Shown: positions 37,721-47,868, counted from the stretch's first letter. The stretch is DNA of 64,000 nucleotides from Thermoplasmata archaeon (GCA_021792255.1 JAJYUZ010000003.1:281032-345031); one strand, 5' to 3'. Made by a program: numbers and translations. The notes: generated by a model not told the origin, from the sequence alone.

Positions 37721-37831
37721 GTTATATAAGAATTGTGCACTTACGAGCAGATGCCGTCCTGACTTTTCACTATAGCATTACAAATTTACTCCTCAAGAAA
37801 AGGCTAAGAATATAGAGAAAATAGAGCTTTC

Positions 37832-38254
37832 ATGTTTGAACTCCAAGTCAAACTAAAGAACGCTTCAGTAAGCAACGATATTGATAGGCTCCTTTCCGAG
37901 TTCCTCTTCGACATTGGATATCTGGAGGAGAGAGGAGAGTTCAGCCTGGAAACAGTAAAAGAAAGCGTTCCATTCAGGTTGTTCAAGGAAGTATTCCTGA
38001 CGAGGGCGGATAAAACGTGGCCAGTTAACGAGTTGATGACGTATCTGGACACCTCGAAGCCTACTCTGTACAGACATCTCAACAGACTTAAGGGACTTGA
38101 AATCATTCAGGAAGTTCAATTAGGGAAGGAAAAAGGATATGTGATGAGATACAATTCACTTTCTCTCGCCTGGAATTTCGTCGAATCAAATGTGAAGATG
38201 GCAATGGACAACTATAGGAAGAGAGTAGAAAATATACAGGCGATGACAGGGTGA
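37832..38254 (+). CDS. winged-helix (ArsR-like) transcriptional regulator
   Basis: VNELMTYLDTSKPTLYRHLNRLKGLEII. Confidence 0.85.
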   Translation: MFELQVKLKNASVSNDIDRLLSEFLFDIGYLEERGEFSLETVKESVPFRLFKEVFLTRADKTWPVNELMTYLDTSKPTLYRHLNRLKGLEIIQEVQLGKEKGYVMRYNSLSLAWNFVESNVKMAMDNYRKRVENIQAMTG

Positions 38255-38260
38255 AACAAG

Positions 38261-38518
38261 ATGATGACTCAATTGACAAAGGGATCGCGATACAAGATAG
38301 TTTCGGCTAGTTCGACTGAGGAAAACGTAGTTTCTGAAGGAATTCTTCAAGGGTTCCTTACAATGGGTGAGGAGCCAGCCATACTGTTGAATATTGGAGA
38401 AGACAAGAAAGAAATGCTAAGAATAATTCCTGTTAGCACCATACTGTTCATAGATGTGATCGAACAGACAGAGGAGAAAGAGAAACAAGAGAAGAGAGAG
38501 GTCAATTACATAAGCTGA
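38261..38518 (+). CDS. conserved-looking small beta-rich hypothetical protein
   Basis: GGTGA SD; co-oriented with the regulator; RIIPVSTILFIDV. Confidence 0.75.
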   Translation: MMTQLTKGSRYKIVSASSTEENVVSEGILQGFLTMGEEPAILLNIGEDKKEMLRIIPVSTILFIDVIEQTEEKEKQEKREVNYIS

Positions 38519-39015
38519 TACTTCTGGATTTCGTTGTAAATCGGGCCATCTGGCCTAAGTATGGATTCAAACAATGAAAAGGAAGTAACTTTGCTTTCCA
38601 GGAAAACGGTGTCTTCATATTTCGAGATAAGTTCAGAAAAATTTCTTCTGTCCTTTACTCTCAGAATTGTTATGTGTGGATTGAAGGGATGATCTAAGGG
38701 TATCTCCCCGGTTTTGGAGTTGACTGCTTGAGCAAGCTTTCTGAGTTGATCTTCCGGATAAGCTCTCACGAACAGCACTCTACCATTCTGGGCATTCGGA
38801 AAGGCCCCCATTCCTTTTAGAGTTATTGAAAACCTGCTAGACACTATTTCTTCAAGCTTTTTCCTTATTTCTTCGACGTTTGTTACCTCACCCAAGAACT
38901 TGAGCGTAAGGTGAAGATTCTTTCCCTCTACCACTTTGCCCATCGGCCTTACTCCCAATAGGACCTTATCCAGGAGGTCGGAAATTGGAAGAGTTATAGC
39001 AACGAAGGTTCTCAC
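38506..39015 (-). CDS. thpR: RNA 2',3'-cyclic phosphodiesterase (2H family)
   Basis: MRTFVAI, HLTL and HITI motifs, GAFP, GPIY. Confidence 0.93.
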   Translation of the reverse strand: MRTFVAITLPISDLLDKVLLGVRPMGKVVEGKNLHLTLKFLGEVTNVEEIRKKLEEIVSSRFSITLKGMGAFPNAQNGRVLFVRAYPEDQLRKLAQAVNSKTGEIPLDHPFNPHITILRVKDRRNFSELISKYEDTVFLESKVTSFSLFESILRPDGPIYNEIQKYQLM

Positions 39016-39071
39016 TGGCTTTCAATGAAAGGTTCCGCAAAACTTTTTGCCTTATGTTGCATCCTCGACCT

Positions 39072-39446
39072 ATGATCGTTAAAGACGGTCTATACTATAC
39101 AAAAACCCACGAGTGGCTAAAAGTTGATGGTGATATCGCATCCATCGGCATAACAGACTTCGCTCAGAACCAGATGTCCGATATAGTCTATGTGGATTTT
39201 CCGAAAGTCGGAGCGACCATAAAGGCGGGAGAGATCGTCGGTACAGTTGAGAGTGTGAAATCAGCAGAAGATTTCTATTCTCCCATTACGGGAAAGGTTG
39301 TTGAAGTGAACAAGAGTTTGGAAAAGACCCCGGAGGATATCAATAATAAACCATACGATTCGTGGATAGTGAAGCTAAAGATGTCTAATTCAGCCGAAAT
39401 AAGCAACCTGTTGAAGAAGGAAGCTTACGAAAAATTAACCAAATAA
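39072..39446 (+). CDS. gcvH: glycine cleavage system H protein
   Basis: YTKTHEW, GITDFAQ, lipoyl-Lys in VESVKS. Confidence 0.95.
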   Translation: MIVKDGLYYTKTHEWLKVDGDIASIGITDFAQNQMSDIVYVDFPKVGATIKAGEIVGTVESVKSAEDFYSPITGKVVEVNKSLEKTPEDINNKPYDSWIVKLKMSNSAEISNLLKKEAYEKLTK

Positions 39447-39453
39447 AGGTACG

Positions 39454-40062
39454 ATGTCCTGGATTCAGAAGCGAAGATCCGAGGCTTACTACAAGAAGGC
39501 TAGGTTGGAGGGGTTCAGAAGCAGGGCCATTTACAAGCTGAAGCAAATTGATGAGAAATTTTACCTAATAGAAAATGGAATGAGAATACTGGACCTTGGC
39601 GCTTCACCGGGAGGATGGAGCCAGTATTCTTCCTTGGTCAACGAGATGGGTCTTAACGTCGCTCTGGACTTAGTGCAAATGAGGAGTGTTGAGAATGTTT
39701 ATTTCCTCAAGGGGGATATTTTTCAGAAGGATGTCTGGGACAAGGTTCTGGAATTTTCTCCGGGTGGGTACGACCTTGTTCTATCGGACATACTGATGCA
39801 TACTAGCGGAGATAGATCCAGAGATCAAGCTAACTCCTATTTCATTGCAAAAAGGGTATTGGAGATCTGCGAGCACGTTCTCACCAGAAACGGGAAGGCA
39901 CTCGTCAAGGTACTGCAGGGCGATCTTACCGAAGATATGAAAAAGGAATTCAGGAAGCACTTCAAAAGAGTCCACTTGACTAAGCCTCCTTCTTCTCTTC
40001 CGCGCTCTCCCGAAGTTTATATCCTTGGAGAATACTATTCAGGTTCTCGATCAGATCGTTAA
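39454..40062 (+). CDS. rlmE: 23S rRNA Um2552 methyltransferase
   Basis: FRSRAIYKL, DLGASPGGWSQ, LSD, KPPSS..S.EVY. Confidence 0.93.
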   Translation: MSWIQKRRSEAYYKKARLEGFRSRAIYKLKQIDEKFYLIENGMRILDLGASPGGWSQYSSLVNEMGLNVALDLVQMRSVENVYFLKGDIFQKDVWDKVLEFSPGGYDLVLSDILMHTSGDRSRDQANSYFIAKRVLEICEHVLTRNGKALVKVLQGDLTEDMKKEFRKHFKRVHLTKPPSSLPRSPEVYILGEYYSGSRSDR

Positions 40063-40636
40063 ATCGTTCCTCTTCGACTATGACCAAGGTGTTACCCTTC
40101 TTCTTGTTGACAATCTCTACAGCCATGTGTTTAGCTCTCTCCTTCTCAACTTTCTTGTACCCTCCCTTGTTGAGATAGGAATCCCATTCGGCACTGAATG
40201 ACTCTGGGCTCGAAAAGTTCCACTTCCTTTTCAAGAGCCTGCGTCTTCTAAGACTCAGTAATATCATGTCTGAAATCTGAACGCTTTCTACAAATATGTC
40301 TTCGTACATTCCCGAAGGAATATCAATCCCCACGACACTTATTCCCTTTTTATCCGCAATCTCTATCGCTGAAATGTACGCCTCGGGAGGAATTGATGTG
40401 TCACCAAATTTCCTCATGAAGTATTCGTAGATGATCTCCACATCATCCATTTCCACTTCGATGGGATTCTTGATATATTCTCTCAGTCCTTGGATCTCCT
40501 CTTCGGTCACCGATAAGAGAACAATATCAAAACCGCCGTCACTAAAAACTCGTTCAACCAGCTTTCCAGAATCCTTTAGCGCCTTGTTTATGCTTAGCAA
40601 GAGAATTCTGTCTTGCCCAATGAACTCGGCTCTCAA
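39980..40636 (-). CDS. hypothetical protein
   Basis: coupled (ATGA-type overlap) to the upstream regulator. Confidence 0.75.
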   Translation of the reverse strand: MRAEFIGQDRILLLSINKALKDSGKLVERVFSDGGFDIVLLSVTEEEIQGLREYIKNPIEVEMDDVEIIYEYFMRKFGDTSIPPEAYISAIEIADKKGISVVGIDIPSGMYEDIFVESVQISDMILLSLRRRRLLKRKWNFSSPESFSAEWDSYLNKGGYKKVEKERAKHMAVEIVNKKKGNTLVIVEEERFNDLIENLNSILQGYKLRESAEEKKEA

Positions 40637-41577
40637 CTATTTCTTCTCTCCTTGATCACTCCCTTCAGTTCTGCCTTGTCTTGGAATTGTTCGAGCTCAG
40701 AATAAGAAATGACTGGGATTTTATATCTCTTTGGTTTTTCTATATCTCTCTTTACTATCAGGAGACCGTCCTTGTTGCTCAGTTTTGATAACTCGTTCAG
40801 ATACTCAATTTTAGTTTCCACTCGGGACATCTCCTCCTCTATTCCTCCTAGATAGGAAGAATCCGAATCTTCCATCAGGAAATTGACTATCGACCTCCTG
40901 ATCGGGTAGATCTCAAATCCTTTCCTGCTGATCTCCTGGTTGACTAGCCTTTCGAACTCTCTCATTTTCCTGAAACTGGCAGTTACTGATCCCCTCTCGA
41001 CATTCCAGAGGAATGAAACGTACTCCATTATTTCTTCTCCCAGAAACTCTTCCATCTTTAGTGCAATGTCAATCGAAGCGGACATCCCGGATTGATACAT
41101 CAGGACCGTCCTTCTCGTCGTTCCTATTGCACTGGCTATCTCCCCTAAGGATAGAGATCTCTGTTCTCTAATCCTCTTGAGTTTTTCCGCATCTATTTCA
41201 ACGTAAAACCCGCCAGGTCCTGCTCTCACATTTGGTTCTTCACCCTCTTTGAGATAAGAAACTAGGGTCTGCGGAGATATGATTGGTAGGGAGTACCTGC
41301 TATAGACGACTCCATCCTCTATTCTTTCATCTCTGTTTCCCACTCCTATGACGAGTGGATGAGCGTCCAAGAATCTTGAAATTGCTATCAGAGATTTTGA
41401 AGCTTCTTCCGTCAGCAGGCCTACGTTGTTCATGACCTTTACGACTATCATCTGACTTTCGTTTCTCAAAATCAGGTCAAAGGCGTACGAAAGGCTCTCG
41501 TCTGCACATATCGTGGTGTAGCCTCCCCTTGACGCAAATCTTATGATAGAACCAATTATTTCCTGTCTCTTGTCCAT
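40633..41577 (-). CDS. archaeal HTH transcriptional regulator (COG1395-like)
   Basis: GVVYSRY, AGPGGFYV, Cro-like HTH LSLGEIASAIGTTRRTV..Y. Confidence 0.88.
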   Translation of the reverse strand: MDKRQEIIGSIIRFASRGGYTTICADESLSYAFDLILRNESQMIVVKVMNNVGLLTEEASKSLIAISRFLDAHPLVIGVGNRDERIEDGVVYSRYSLPIISPQTLVSYLKEGEEPNVRAGPGGFYVEIDAEKLKRIREQRSLSLGEIASAIGTTRRTVLMYQSGMSASIDIALKMEEFLGEEIMEYVSFLWNVERGSVTASFRKMREFERLVNQEISRKGFEIYPIRRSIVNFLMEDSDSSYLGGIEEEMSRVETKIEYLNELSKLSNKDGLLIVKRDIEKPKRYKIPVISYSELEQFQDKAELKGVIKERRNS

Positions 41578-41623
41578 TACTTGTCCTCAAAGAATAAGAT
41601 AAACCAAATATTTAAATAATGCC

Positions 41624-42136
41624 TCATCGAAGTTTGTCTATATCTACGAGGCTGATCAATTCGACTCCTACGTATTCCAGCGCTTCTTTCGCTCCCTCTT
41701 TTCTGTCGACAACTACTACAACCCTATCAGTCCTGACATGCATTTCGTTGAGTTTTGTGATTGCCCGGAGCAATGTCCCTCCAGTAGTGGTGACGTCTTC
41801 CACGAACGTGATTGTTTCTCCCAGTTCCACTTTCCCCTCCATGGTTTTCTCCAGGCCGTGCTCCTTCTTTTCCTTTCTGATTATGATGAGATCTTTTCCA
41901 GTCTCCAAGGATACTCCAACCCCTAATGGAACCGCACCCAGTTCTACTGCAGCTATCTTATTGCCAGTTATAAATGGGGTGGCCCTCAAAGATATTTCTT
42001 TCAGGAATCTAGGATGCAGAAGTGCAGTCTTGATATCTACATAATAATCAGATTCTTTTCCAGATGTTAACATAAATTTACCGAATTTTATGTTTCCATT
42101 TTCCAGCAGAAACTTCTCAATGCCTTGTTCGGACAT
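41624..42136 (-). CDS. pyrE: orotate phosphoribosyltransferase
   Basis: FMLTSGKESDYYVD, RKEKKEHG, VEDVTTTGG. Confidence 0.95.
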   Translation of the reverse strand: MSEQGIEKFLLENGNIKFGKFMLTSGKESDYYVDIKTALLHPRFLKEISLRATPFITGNKIAAVELGAVPLGVGVSLETGKDLIIIRKEKKEHGLEKTMEGKVELGETITFVEDVTTTGGTLLRAITKLNEMHVRTDRVVVVVDRKEGAKEALEYVGVELISLVDIDKLR

Positions 42137-42258
42137 GCGTTCTCCTCAAAAATGGGAATAATAAGGGAATGTGAATACTTTGCTGTTGTTAGTTCAGAGA
42201 AATTGGACCGTCATCAGACATCGGAAAATATTATTACAAGTGATTGATGAGCCAGTTA

Positions 42259-42331
42259 GCCGCTGTAGCTTAGTTGGTAGAGCACCCGGCTGTTAACCGG
42301 GAGGTCACCGGTTCGAGCCCGGTCAGCGGCG
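42259..42331 (+). tRNA. tRNA-Asn(GTT)
   Basis: GCCGCTG...CAGCGGC-G; CCCGG-CTGTTAA-CCGGG. Confidence 0.95.
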
Positions 42332-42378
42332 TTTTATCATCAGCGAAAAATATTTAGATCAATTGGAATCTTCATCCT

Positions 42379-43200
42379 GTGAATTTAGACCTTTCTGACT
42401 ACTTTTCTCAAACTCTGGCACTCTATAAGAGTCCCTCTCAGGTTGCCAGAAAGGTCACTGAAACGTGGGCCAGTGATAATCTCTACTGCCCTAGATGTGG
42501 ACTTCCGCTACATCAGTACAAGAATAATACTGAGGTTTTCGATTTTTACTGTGATCATTTTGATCAGAAATTTATGTTTATTCCTTCGCCAGCGAAGGAC
42601 AACTTTCAGCTGAAAGGCACGAAATCCTTTCCTCACAATCATTTTCCGTCGACTATCACCGGAGCGGAGTACCATACCACTCTTGCGAGTCTTGAGCACG
42701 GATTGTTTCCATCTCTAATTTTGCTGCACTATGAACTAAAACGAAAAGAGGTACAAGATGGATTATTTATACACAGATTATCTGTAACTTTGAATAGCAT
42801 TCGTGCTAGAACTCCTTTGACTGAAAACGCTAGAAGGAGCAACTGGACGGGTACCAAAATTCTACTGAACGGTATTCCTGAGATAGGCAAAATACCCATC
42901 ATCAGCGAGTCTAGTATCGTACCGAAGGAGATTGTAATGGAAAAGTGGCTATCAGTAGAGAGGATTCTTCAGGGAAATCTGGACAGACGGGGTTGGATCT
43001 CTGCGGTAATGATGGTAATTGACAAGCTTCCAGAGCTGTTTTCTTTGAATGATATCTACGCTTACCAGCCATATCTTGAACAGCAATACCCCAACAATAG
43101 ACACATCAGGGACAAAATCAGACAGCAACTCCAAATTCTAAGGGAAAAGGGGCAGCTAAAATTTGTGGGCCGTGGGAAGTATCTAAAGTCGAATCACTGA
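42379..43200 (+). CDS. DpnI/Dam-replacing-protein-like modification-dependent endonuclease
   Basis: YKS.SQ.AR..TE.W...LYCP.CG, DFYC, R.PL...ARR..W.G; C-terminal wHTH YPNNRHIRDKIRQQLQILRE.G. Confidence 0.88.
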   Translation: MNLDLSDYFSQTLALYKSPSQVARKVTETWASDNLYCPRCGLPLHQYKNNTEVFDFYCDHFDQKFMFIPSPAKDNFQLKGTKSFPHNHFPSTITGAEYHTTLASLEHGLFPSLILLHYELKRKEVQDGLFIHRLSVTLNSIRARTPLTENARRSNWTGTKILLNGIPEIGKIPIISESSIVPKEIVMEKWLSVERILQGNLDRRGWISAVMMVIDKLPELFSLNDIYAYQPYLEQQYPNNRHIRDKIRQQLQILREKGQLKFVGRGKYLKSNH

Positions 43201-43327
43201 ACTGAAAGAATTTCATTTTTAATGATGAAATCTAAATGTAGGTCCATTATTTGCGACATAACATCTATTTTCGCTTTTTAAACTTCGTATAAACTAAATA
43301 CCACATACTCGTAAAAATTCCATAACC

Positions 43328-44884
43328 ATGGGCGAAATCGATAGAAATCACGCACTAGATCACATTGTTGTGCTTATGTTTGAGAACAGATCCTTCGATA
43401 CTTTGCTTGGAAATCTCTATAAACCAAACGATGTGCCGAATTTTGAGGGAGTGGCTGGGAAAAATTTTGTCAATCCTGTTCCACCCGGGGTGATTAAGGA
43501 CGCCCCCGTCACTGTACCTCTACACATTGCAGACAATATGGATACGCCAGATCCTGATCCGGGTGAGGAATATCCTCACATAAACACTCAGCTTTTTGGG
43601 AAGTTCATCCCCGAAGAAAATGAGTTTGCTGAGATCGATTACATGAAACCTCCATTCAACTGCCCGCCGTCCACCGTCGTACCGTCGATGAGTGGATTCG
43701 TAGCCGATTATATCAGTACGTTCAAGGCGGAGATCAAACGAAATCCGACCTACAGAGAATATGCTCAGATTATGGCTTTCTATACCCCCGATCAAGTTCC
43801 CGTACTGAGCTCGGTCGCAAAGGGATTCGGAGTTTTTGACCACTGGTTCTGCGACGTTCCTAGCCAAACGTTTTCCAACCGTTCATTTTTCCATGCTGCT
43901 AGTTCTTCAGGATTAGTAAACAATCTTCCTTATGGCAAATTTTCCGTGAAGAATGATGCCCCTACTATCTTTGAGAGGTTAGAAGCAAAGGGGATCGGCT
44001 GGAAAGTATACTTCGATCCAGAGCAGATACTTCCTGTGACCGCCCTGATTCATGCTTCGAGAATATACCCTTTTTTCGCTACTCACTTTTGCACAATGGA
44101 TGACTTTTACGAAGATGCAAGAAATGGAAAATTACCTAGTTATGCGTTCATAGAGCCCAACATGCTTCACCCACACACCGACATGCATCCTCCATTGATG
44201 GGAAGACTGAGAATGGACCTTCATCTCCCGCGCCAAAATGCCATATTGGGGGGAGAGCATTTACTCTCACAAGTATACAGTGCGATCAAAGAATCTTCAT
44301 CCGAGGACGGATCGAATTGGAGCAACACTTTTTTCATGATCACTTTTGATGAGCACGGAGGAACCTTCGATCACGTTCCTCCTCCAGCGGCTCCCTCTCC
44401 TAGTGTAAATTCTTTTGGGGAAATGGGATTCAAATTCGATAGGTTGGGATTGAGGGTTCCAACAATTGCTGTCTCAGCTTGGATCAAACCAGGAACCGTA
44501 ATCAATGAGGAGTTTAGACATACTTCGATGATCAGAACGCTTAGAGAGAAATGGTCACTTGGTGGTGCCATTACTGCCAGAGATGCAACTGCCGCAAGCA
44601 TAGTGCCAATTTTGACTCAAGATGTTCCCGTCACTCCAGACAAGTGGCCGAGCGTAGCTGCGCCAGAGATCACTCTTGGACACGAAATCCTCTCGAGCCT
44701 AGAACTTCCTATGAGCCTCCTAGAAAGAGAACTCGCTGCAGAAGCACTTTATTTCGAAGGAAAACTCTTATCGAAAGAGGTCGCTGCTGACCCAGATACC
44801 ATTCGACACGGGGATACCCACGAGCAAATGCTGAGACTGAGAGATACATGGTTTCCTCATATAGGCAAGAAGATGGTGGCTTGA
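43328..44884 (+). CDS. phosphoesterase / phospholipase C family protein, no signal peptide
   Basis: HIVVLMFENRSFD, DHWF, TFSNR, DMHP, TFDEHGGTFDHV, GLRVP. Confidence 0.9.
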   Translation: MGEIDRNHALDHIVVLMFENRSFDTLLGNLYKPNDVPNFEGVAGKNFVNPVPPGVIKDAPVTVPLHIADNMDTPDPDPGEEYPHINTQLFGKFIPEENEFAEIDYMKPPFNCPPSTVVPSMSGFVADYISTFKAEIKRNPTYREYAQIMAFYTPDQVPVLSSVAKGFGVFDHWFCDVPSQTFSNRSFFHAASSSGLVNNLPYGKFSVKNDAPTIFERLEAKGIGWKVYFDPEQILPVTALIHASRIYPFFATHFCTMDDFYEDARNGKLPSYAFIEPNMLHPHTDMHPPLMGRLRMDLHLPRQNAILGGEHLLSQVYSAIKESSSEDGSNWSNTFFMITFDEHGGTFDHVPPPAAPSPSVNSFGEMGFKFDRLGLRVPTIAVSAWIKPGTVINEEFRHTSMIRTLREKWSLGGAITARDATAASIVPILTQDVPVTPDKWPSVAAPEITLGHEILSSLELPMSLLERELAAEALYFEGKLLSKEVAADPDTIRHGDTHEQMLRLRDTWFPHIGKKMVA

Positions 44885-44946
44885 CCTTGCGAATCAGACC
44901 CAAAGACAGAATATTCTAAAATAGAAGAAAATGATGAAACATTTGG

Positions 44947-46068
44947 ATGGTGCCGAGGTCCTCTAAATTAATGAGAAATGAATCCAAGGACGAATCCACC
45001 GAATCTGAAATAGTGACCGATATCTCGCCCATAATCGACTCACTAAAGGAAGCGCTAGAGTCTAGTAACAAAACTCAGCTGCAGAAAAAGGTAATGGAGA
45101 TTGCTCAGACTACCGGGGAAAGTCTCCGTCAGAGTGGCGTGAGTTATCTTCCCCTCAGGAAGGATCTTGACCAGATATTGGAATCGAAGACGCTTGAAAG
45201 GGCCAGGTACTACACCAAGAGATTGCTGAAATCTCTTACTGAGAGTAAAACGAATGGAATTAATGACATCAATTTGTATAGATGGAAAGAGTACGACGAA
45301 ATTCTAACAGACAGTCTTTGGACATTCGATAAGAGAGACACATCTGGTGGGCATCTGGGGTGGTACTGGGGGAATTTTGTACCTCAAATACCTCACCAGA
45401 TATTTCTCAGATTCACAAAAAAGGGCGACTGGGTTTTAGATCCATTCGCAGGAAGCGGCACGACACTAATTGAGGGTCTTCGTCTTGGAAGAAACACAAT
45501 CGGAGTGGATATCAACAAGGAAACGATCAAGAGGGCAGCTTCGCTGATTAAGAGTGAGACCAATGTCTTTGGAACTAGATCCGTTTTAAAGAATGGCGAC
45601 AGCACCAAGATCAGTTTCGAAGATCTTTGCAAGAGGAGTGGCGCTTCTCAAGTGCAGCTGGTGATGATGCATCCTCCCTACCACGACATCATAAAGTTCA
45701 GTAAGAACTCAAAGGATCTGTCCAACACTAATTCTATAGGAAAATTCCTACAAGGTTTCGGACAAGTCGTCAAGCGTACCTATCCCGTTCTTCAGGACGG
45801 AAGGTATCTCGTCCTCGTGGCTGGGGACAAGTATCAGAACGGCGAGTGGATTCCTCTTGGCTTTTACTTGATGGAAGAAGTCATAAAGAACGGATACAAA
45901 CTGACTGGCATAATAGCCAAGAATTTTGAGGACACTAGAGCCAAAAGGGAACAGAAGAAATTGTGGAGATACAGAGCTCTGGTTGGTGGATTCTACGTGT
46001 TCAAGCACGAGTACATTTTCATATTCAAAAAACAAAACGAGAAAGATAGTGGGGCCGATCGGGTTTGA
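44947..46068 (+). CDS. N4/N6 DNA methyltransferase-like protein with N-terminal helical extension
   Basis: GNFVPQIP, LDPFAGSGTT (motif I), HPPY (motif IV), HEYIFIF. Confidence 0.85.
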   Translation: MVPRSSKLMRNESKDESTESEIVTDISPIIDSLKEALESSNKTQLQKKVMEIAQTTGESLRQSGVSYLPLRKDLDQILESKTLERARYYTKRLLKSLTESKTNGINDINLYRWKEYDEILTDSLWTFDKRDTSGGHLGWYWGNFVPQIPHQIFLRFTKKGDWVLDPFAGSGTTLIEGLRLGRNTIGVDINKETIKRAASLIKSETNVFGTRSVLKNGDSTKISFEDLCKRSGASQVQLVMMHPPYHDIIKFSKNSKDLSNTNSIGKFLQGFGQVVKRTYPVLQDGRYLVLVAGDKYQNGEWIPLGFYLMEEVIKNGYKLTGIIAKNFEDTRAKREQKKLWRYRALVGGFYVFKHEYIFIFKKQNEKDSGADRV

Positions 46069-46123
46069 ACCGACGACCACCTGGTTATGAGCCAGGCGCT
46101 CTACCGGGCTAAGCTACGGCCCC
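46050..46123 (-). tRNA. tRNA with CAT anticodon, probably tRNA-Ile2
   Basis: GGGGCCG...CGGCCCC-A; CCTGG-CTCATAA-CCAGG; acceptor stem resembles archaeal Ile rather than Met. Confidence 0.88.
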
Positions 46124-46168
46124 CTTCTCTCTCCATGCTATAGAGAATTAAAAATTTGCTATTTTTCC

Positions 46169-46837
46169 TCACGCTTTTGAGCCGTTCAGCTTATTGTACG
46201 CCTCGAGAACGTAATCGACGAAGTTCTCGTCTGGATACGCTCCAACGAACTGCACTTCGCCGTTTATCACTATGTGCGGTACTGAGGAAACACCCCATTC
46301 ATCGGCCCACGCAGGGAATTCGGTTGCCTCTACCATTTCCCCAGTTATATTCTTGTTGGCGAGCGCAAATCTATGAGCAGTCCCTACTGCCTTTGGACAG
46401 TATGGGCACGTGGGAGTTACAAAGACCCTTATCGTGACGGGCTTGTCCACCCCTTCTAGTTTCTTCTTGATTTCTGGCTCAATTTCAGGATCGTTTCTTG
46501 AAATTCTCCTAATGTCCTCCACCAGAGATGAGAATTCATATCCCATTGGTATGCCTATGTACTTTACTCTTGCGTGCTCACTTCCGCCGTTGGTCGTGAC
46601 AACAGTAGTTGGAGCCTTTTCTATTCCCCACTTCTTTGCCTTTTCCGAGTCCAGTCCGAGTTTCTCCACGCTGATGAGATCAGACGTTTCCTCAAGTTCA
46701 TGGGCTATCTCAACGGTTTGATCGCAATACTGGCAATCCTCCTCTGAAGTAAACACATATAACTTCACCTCATTCTTGAGGTTCTTCTTGAACTCGTCCT
46801 TTAGGTATGCTTTATCCTTATCTTTTAGCAGTGCCAT
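46169..46837 (-). CDS. protein disulfide oxidoreductase (two thioredoxin folds)
   Basis: CQYC and CPYC, GIP.GYEF, FVGAYP. Confidence 0.93.
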   Translation of the reverse strand: MALLKDKDKAYLKDEFKKNLKNEVKLYVFTSEEDCQYCDQTVEIAHELEETSDLISVEKLGLDSEKAKKWGIEKAPTTVVTTNGGSEHARVKYIGIPMGYEFSSLVEDIRRISRNDPEIEPEIKKKLEGVDKPVTIRVFVTPTCPYCPKAVGTAHRFALANKNITGEMVEATEFPAWADEWGVSSVPHIVINGEVQFVGAYPDENFVDYVLEAYNKLNGSKA

Positions 46838-46913
46838 CTATTTCCACCTTCTTAGGTTATTATAGTAAAGTTAATAACCTTTCCGTGCACCATGTTTATA
46901 CAATTATAAATTT

Positions 46914-47570
46914 ATGATAGTAGATAATAGAGGAAAAGTGGGATTCCTGCTGATATTTGACATGGACGGTACCCTGATAGATTCAGAGCAGTCTATAGTC
47001 CGGTGTTTTAGAGAGTCAGCAGGCAAATTTGGTTACGACGTGGGAGACATTTCTCAATACATTGGAGTGCTGAAACTCACTCAGATATTGGTCAAGCATG
47101 GAGTTCGGGCCAAAGATCTTCCAGAAGTAATGAAGAGTTACAGGGATTGTTATCTCGGGACATTCGCCAGCGATACTAAGCCAATTGGTAATTCTCCATT
47201 AGTTCTGAAGCAACTACAGGACAAAAACGAGCTTGGAATACTGACTCTGAAGAACCTTGAACTCACTCTCGAAATAACAAAGCGATACTTTCCGGGCGTG
47301 GATTTCAGGTACATTGTCTGCGGGGACAGACCGATTGAAAATAAGGTGGAAGGACTAAAGATGATAATGGAAGAATCTGGCAAGGATCCAGATCACATAT
47401 TCTACATAGGTGACAGGGCTAGCGATGTGAAGAGCGCAAAAGAAGCTGGAATAGAACCTATTTGGGTCAGTTTTGGGTTAGGAAAAATAAGCGACTTTGA
47501 TTCTGTAACAGATTTCCCTATTGCAAACAGTTTTGATGACCTACTAGAAATGTTCAGCTCACGAACTTGA
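46914..47570 (+). CDS. HAD-family phosphatase
   Basis: FDMDGTL, YIGDRASD. Confidence 0.9.
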   Translation: MIVDNRGKVGFLLIFDMDGTLIDSEQSIVRCFRESAGKFGYDVGDISQYIGVLKLTQILVKHGVRAKDLPEVMKSYRDCYLGTFASDTKPIGNSPLVLKQLQDKNELGILTLKNLELTLEITKRYFPGVDFRYIVCGDRPIENKVEGLKMIMEESGKDPDHIFYIGDRASDVKSAKEAGIEPIWVSFGLGKISDFDSVTDFPIANSFDDLLEMFSSRT

Positions 47571-47868
47571 ATCCGTGCTTATCAGCTGTTGCCTTCAGAC
47601 TTTCCAGTGTGCCGTTTGCACTCTTTTCCTTGAGGCTTATTTCTACAGTTTTTTCTGGTGCAGAAAGTAGCACATAACCAACCGTTACATCGTCCTTTGT
47701 CACAGTTTCCTTTCTTGCGTATCTGGAGATAAGATCCTCAACGGTCCACCTGTCCGATGGGTCTACGTCTATGAATTCCTCTAGAGCCGGTTTTATGTTT
47801 TCTTCCAGTACGCAAATCGTGGATCTGTCCGTTGATGTGAAACTGACCATAAACAAATAACACCTCAT
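47554..47868 (-). CDS. hypothetical protein
   Basis: starts 2 nt after the TusA-like stop. Confidence 0.7.
   Translation of the reverse strand: MRCYLFMVSFTSTDRSTICVLEENIKPALEEFIDVDPSDRWTVEDLISRYARKETVTKDDVTVGYVLLSAPEKTVEISLKEKSANGTLESLKATADKHGFKFVS

Noticed and set aside
42332-46049. Integrated mobile element or provirus
   Set aside because: No integrase, att duplication or viral genes seen; treated as an islet only.
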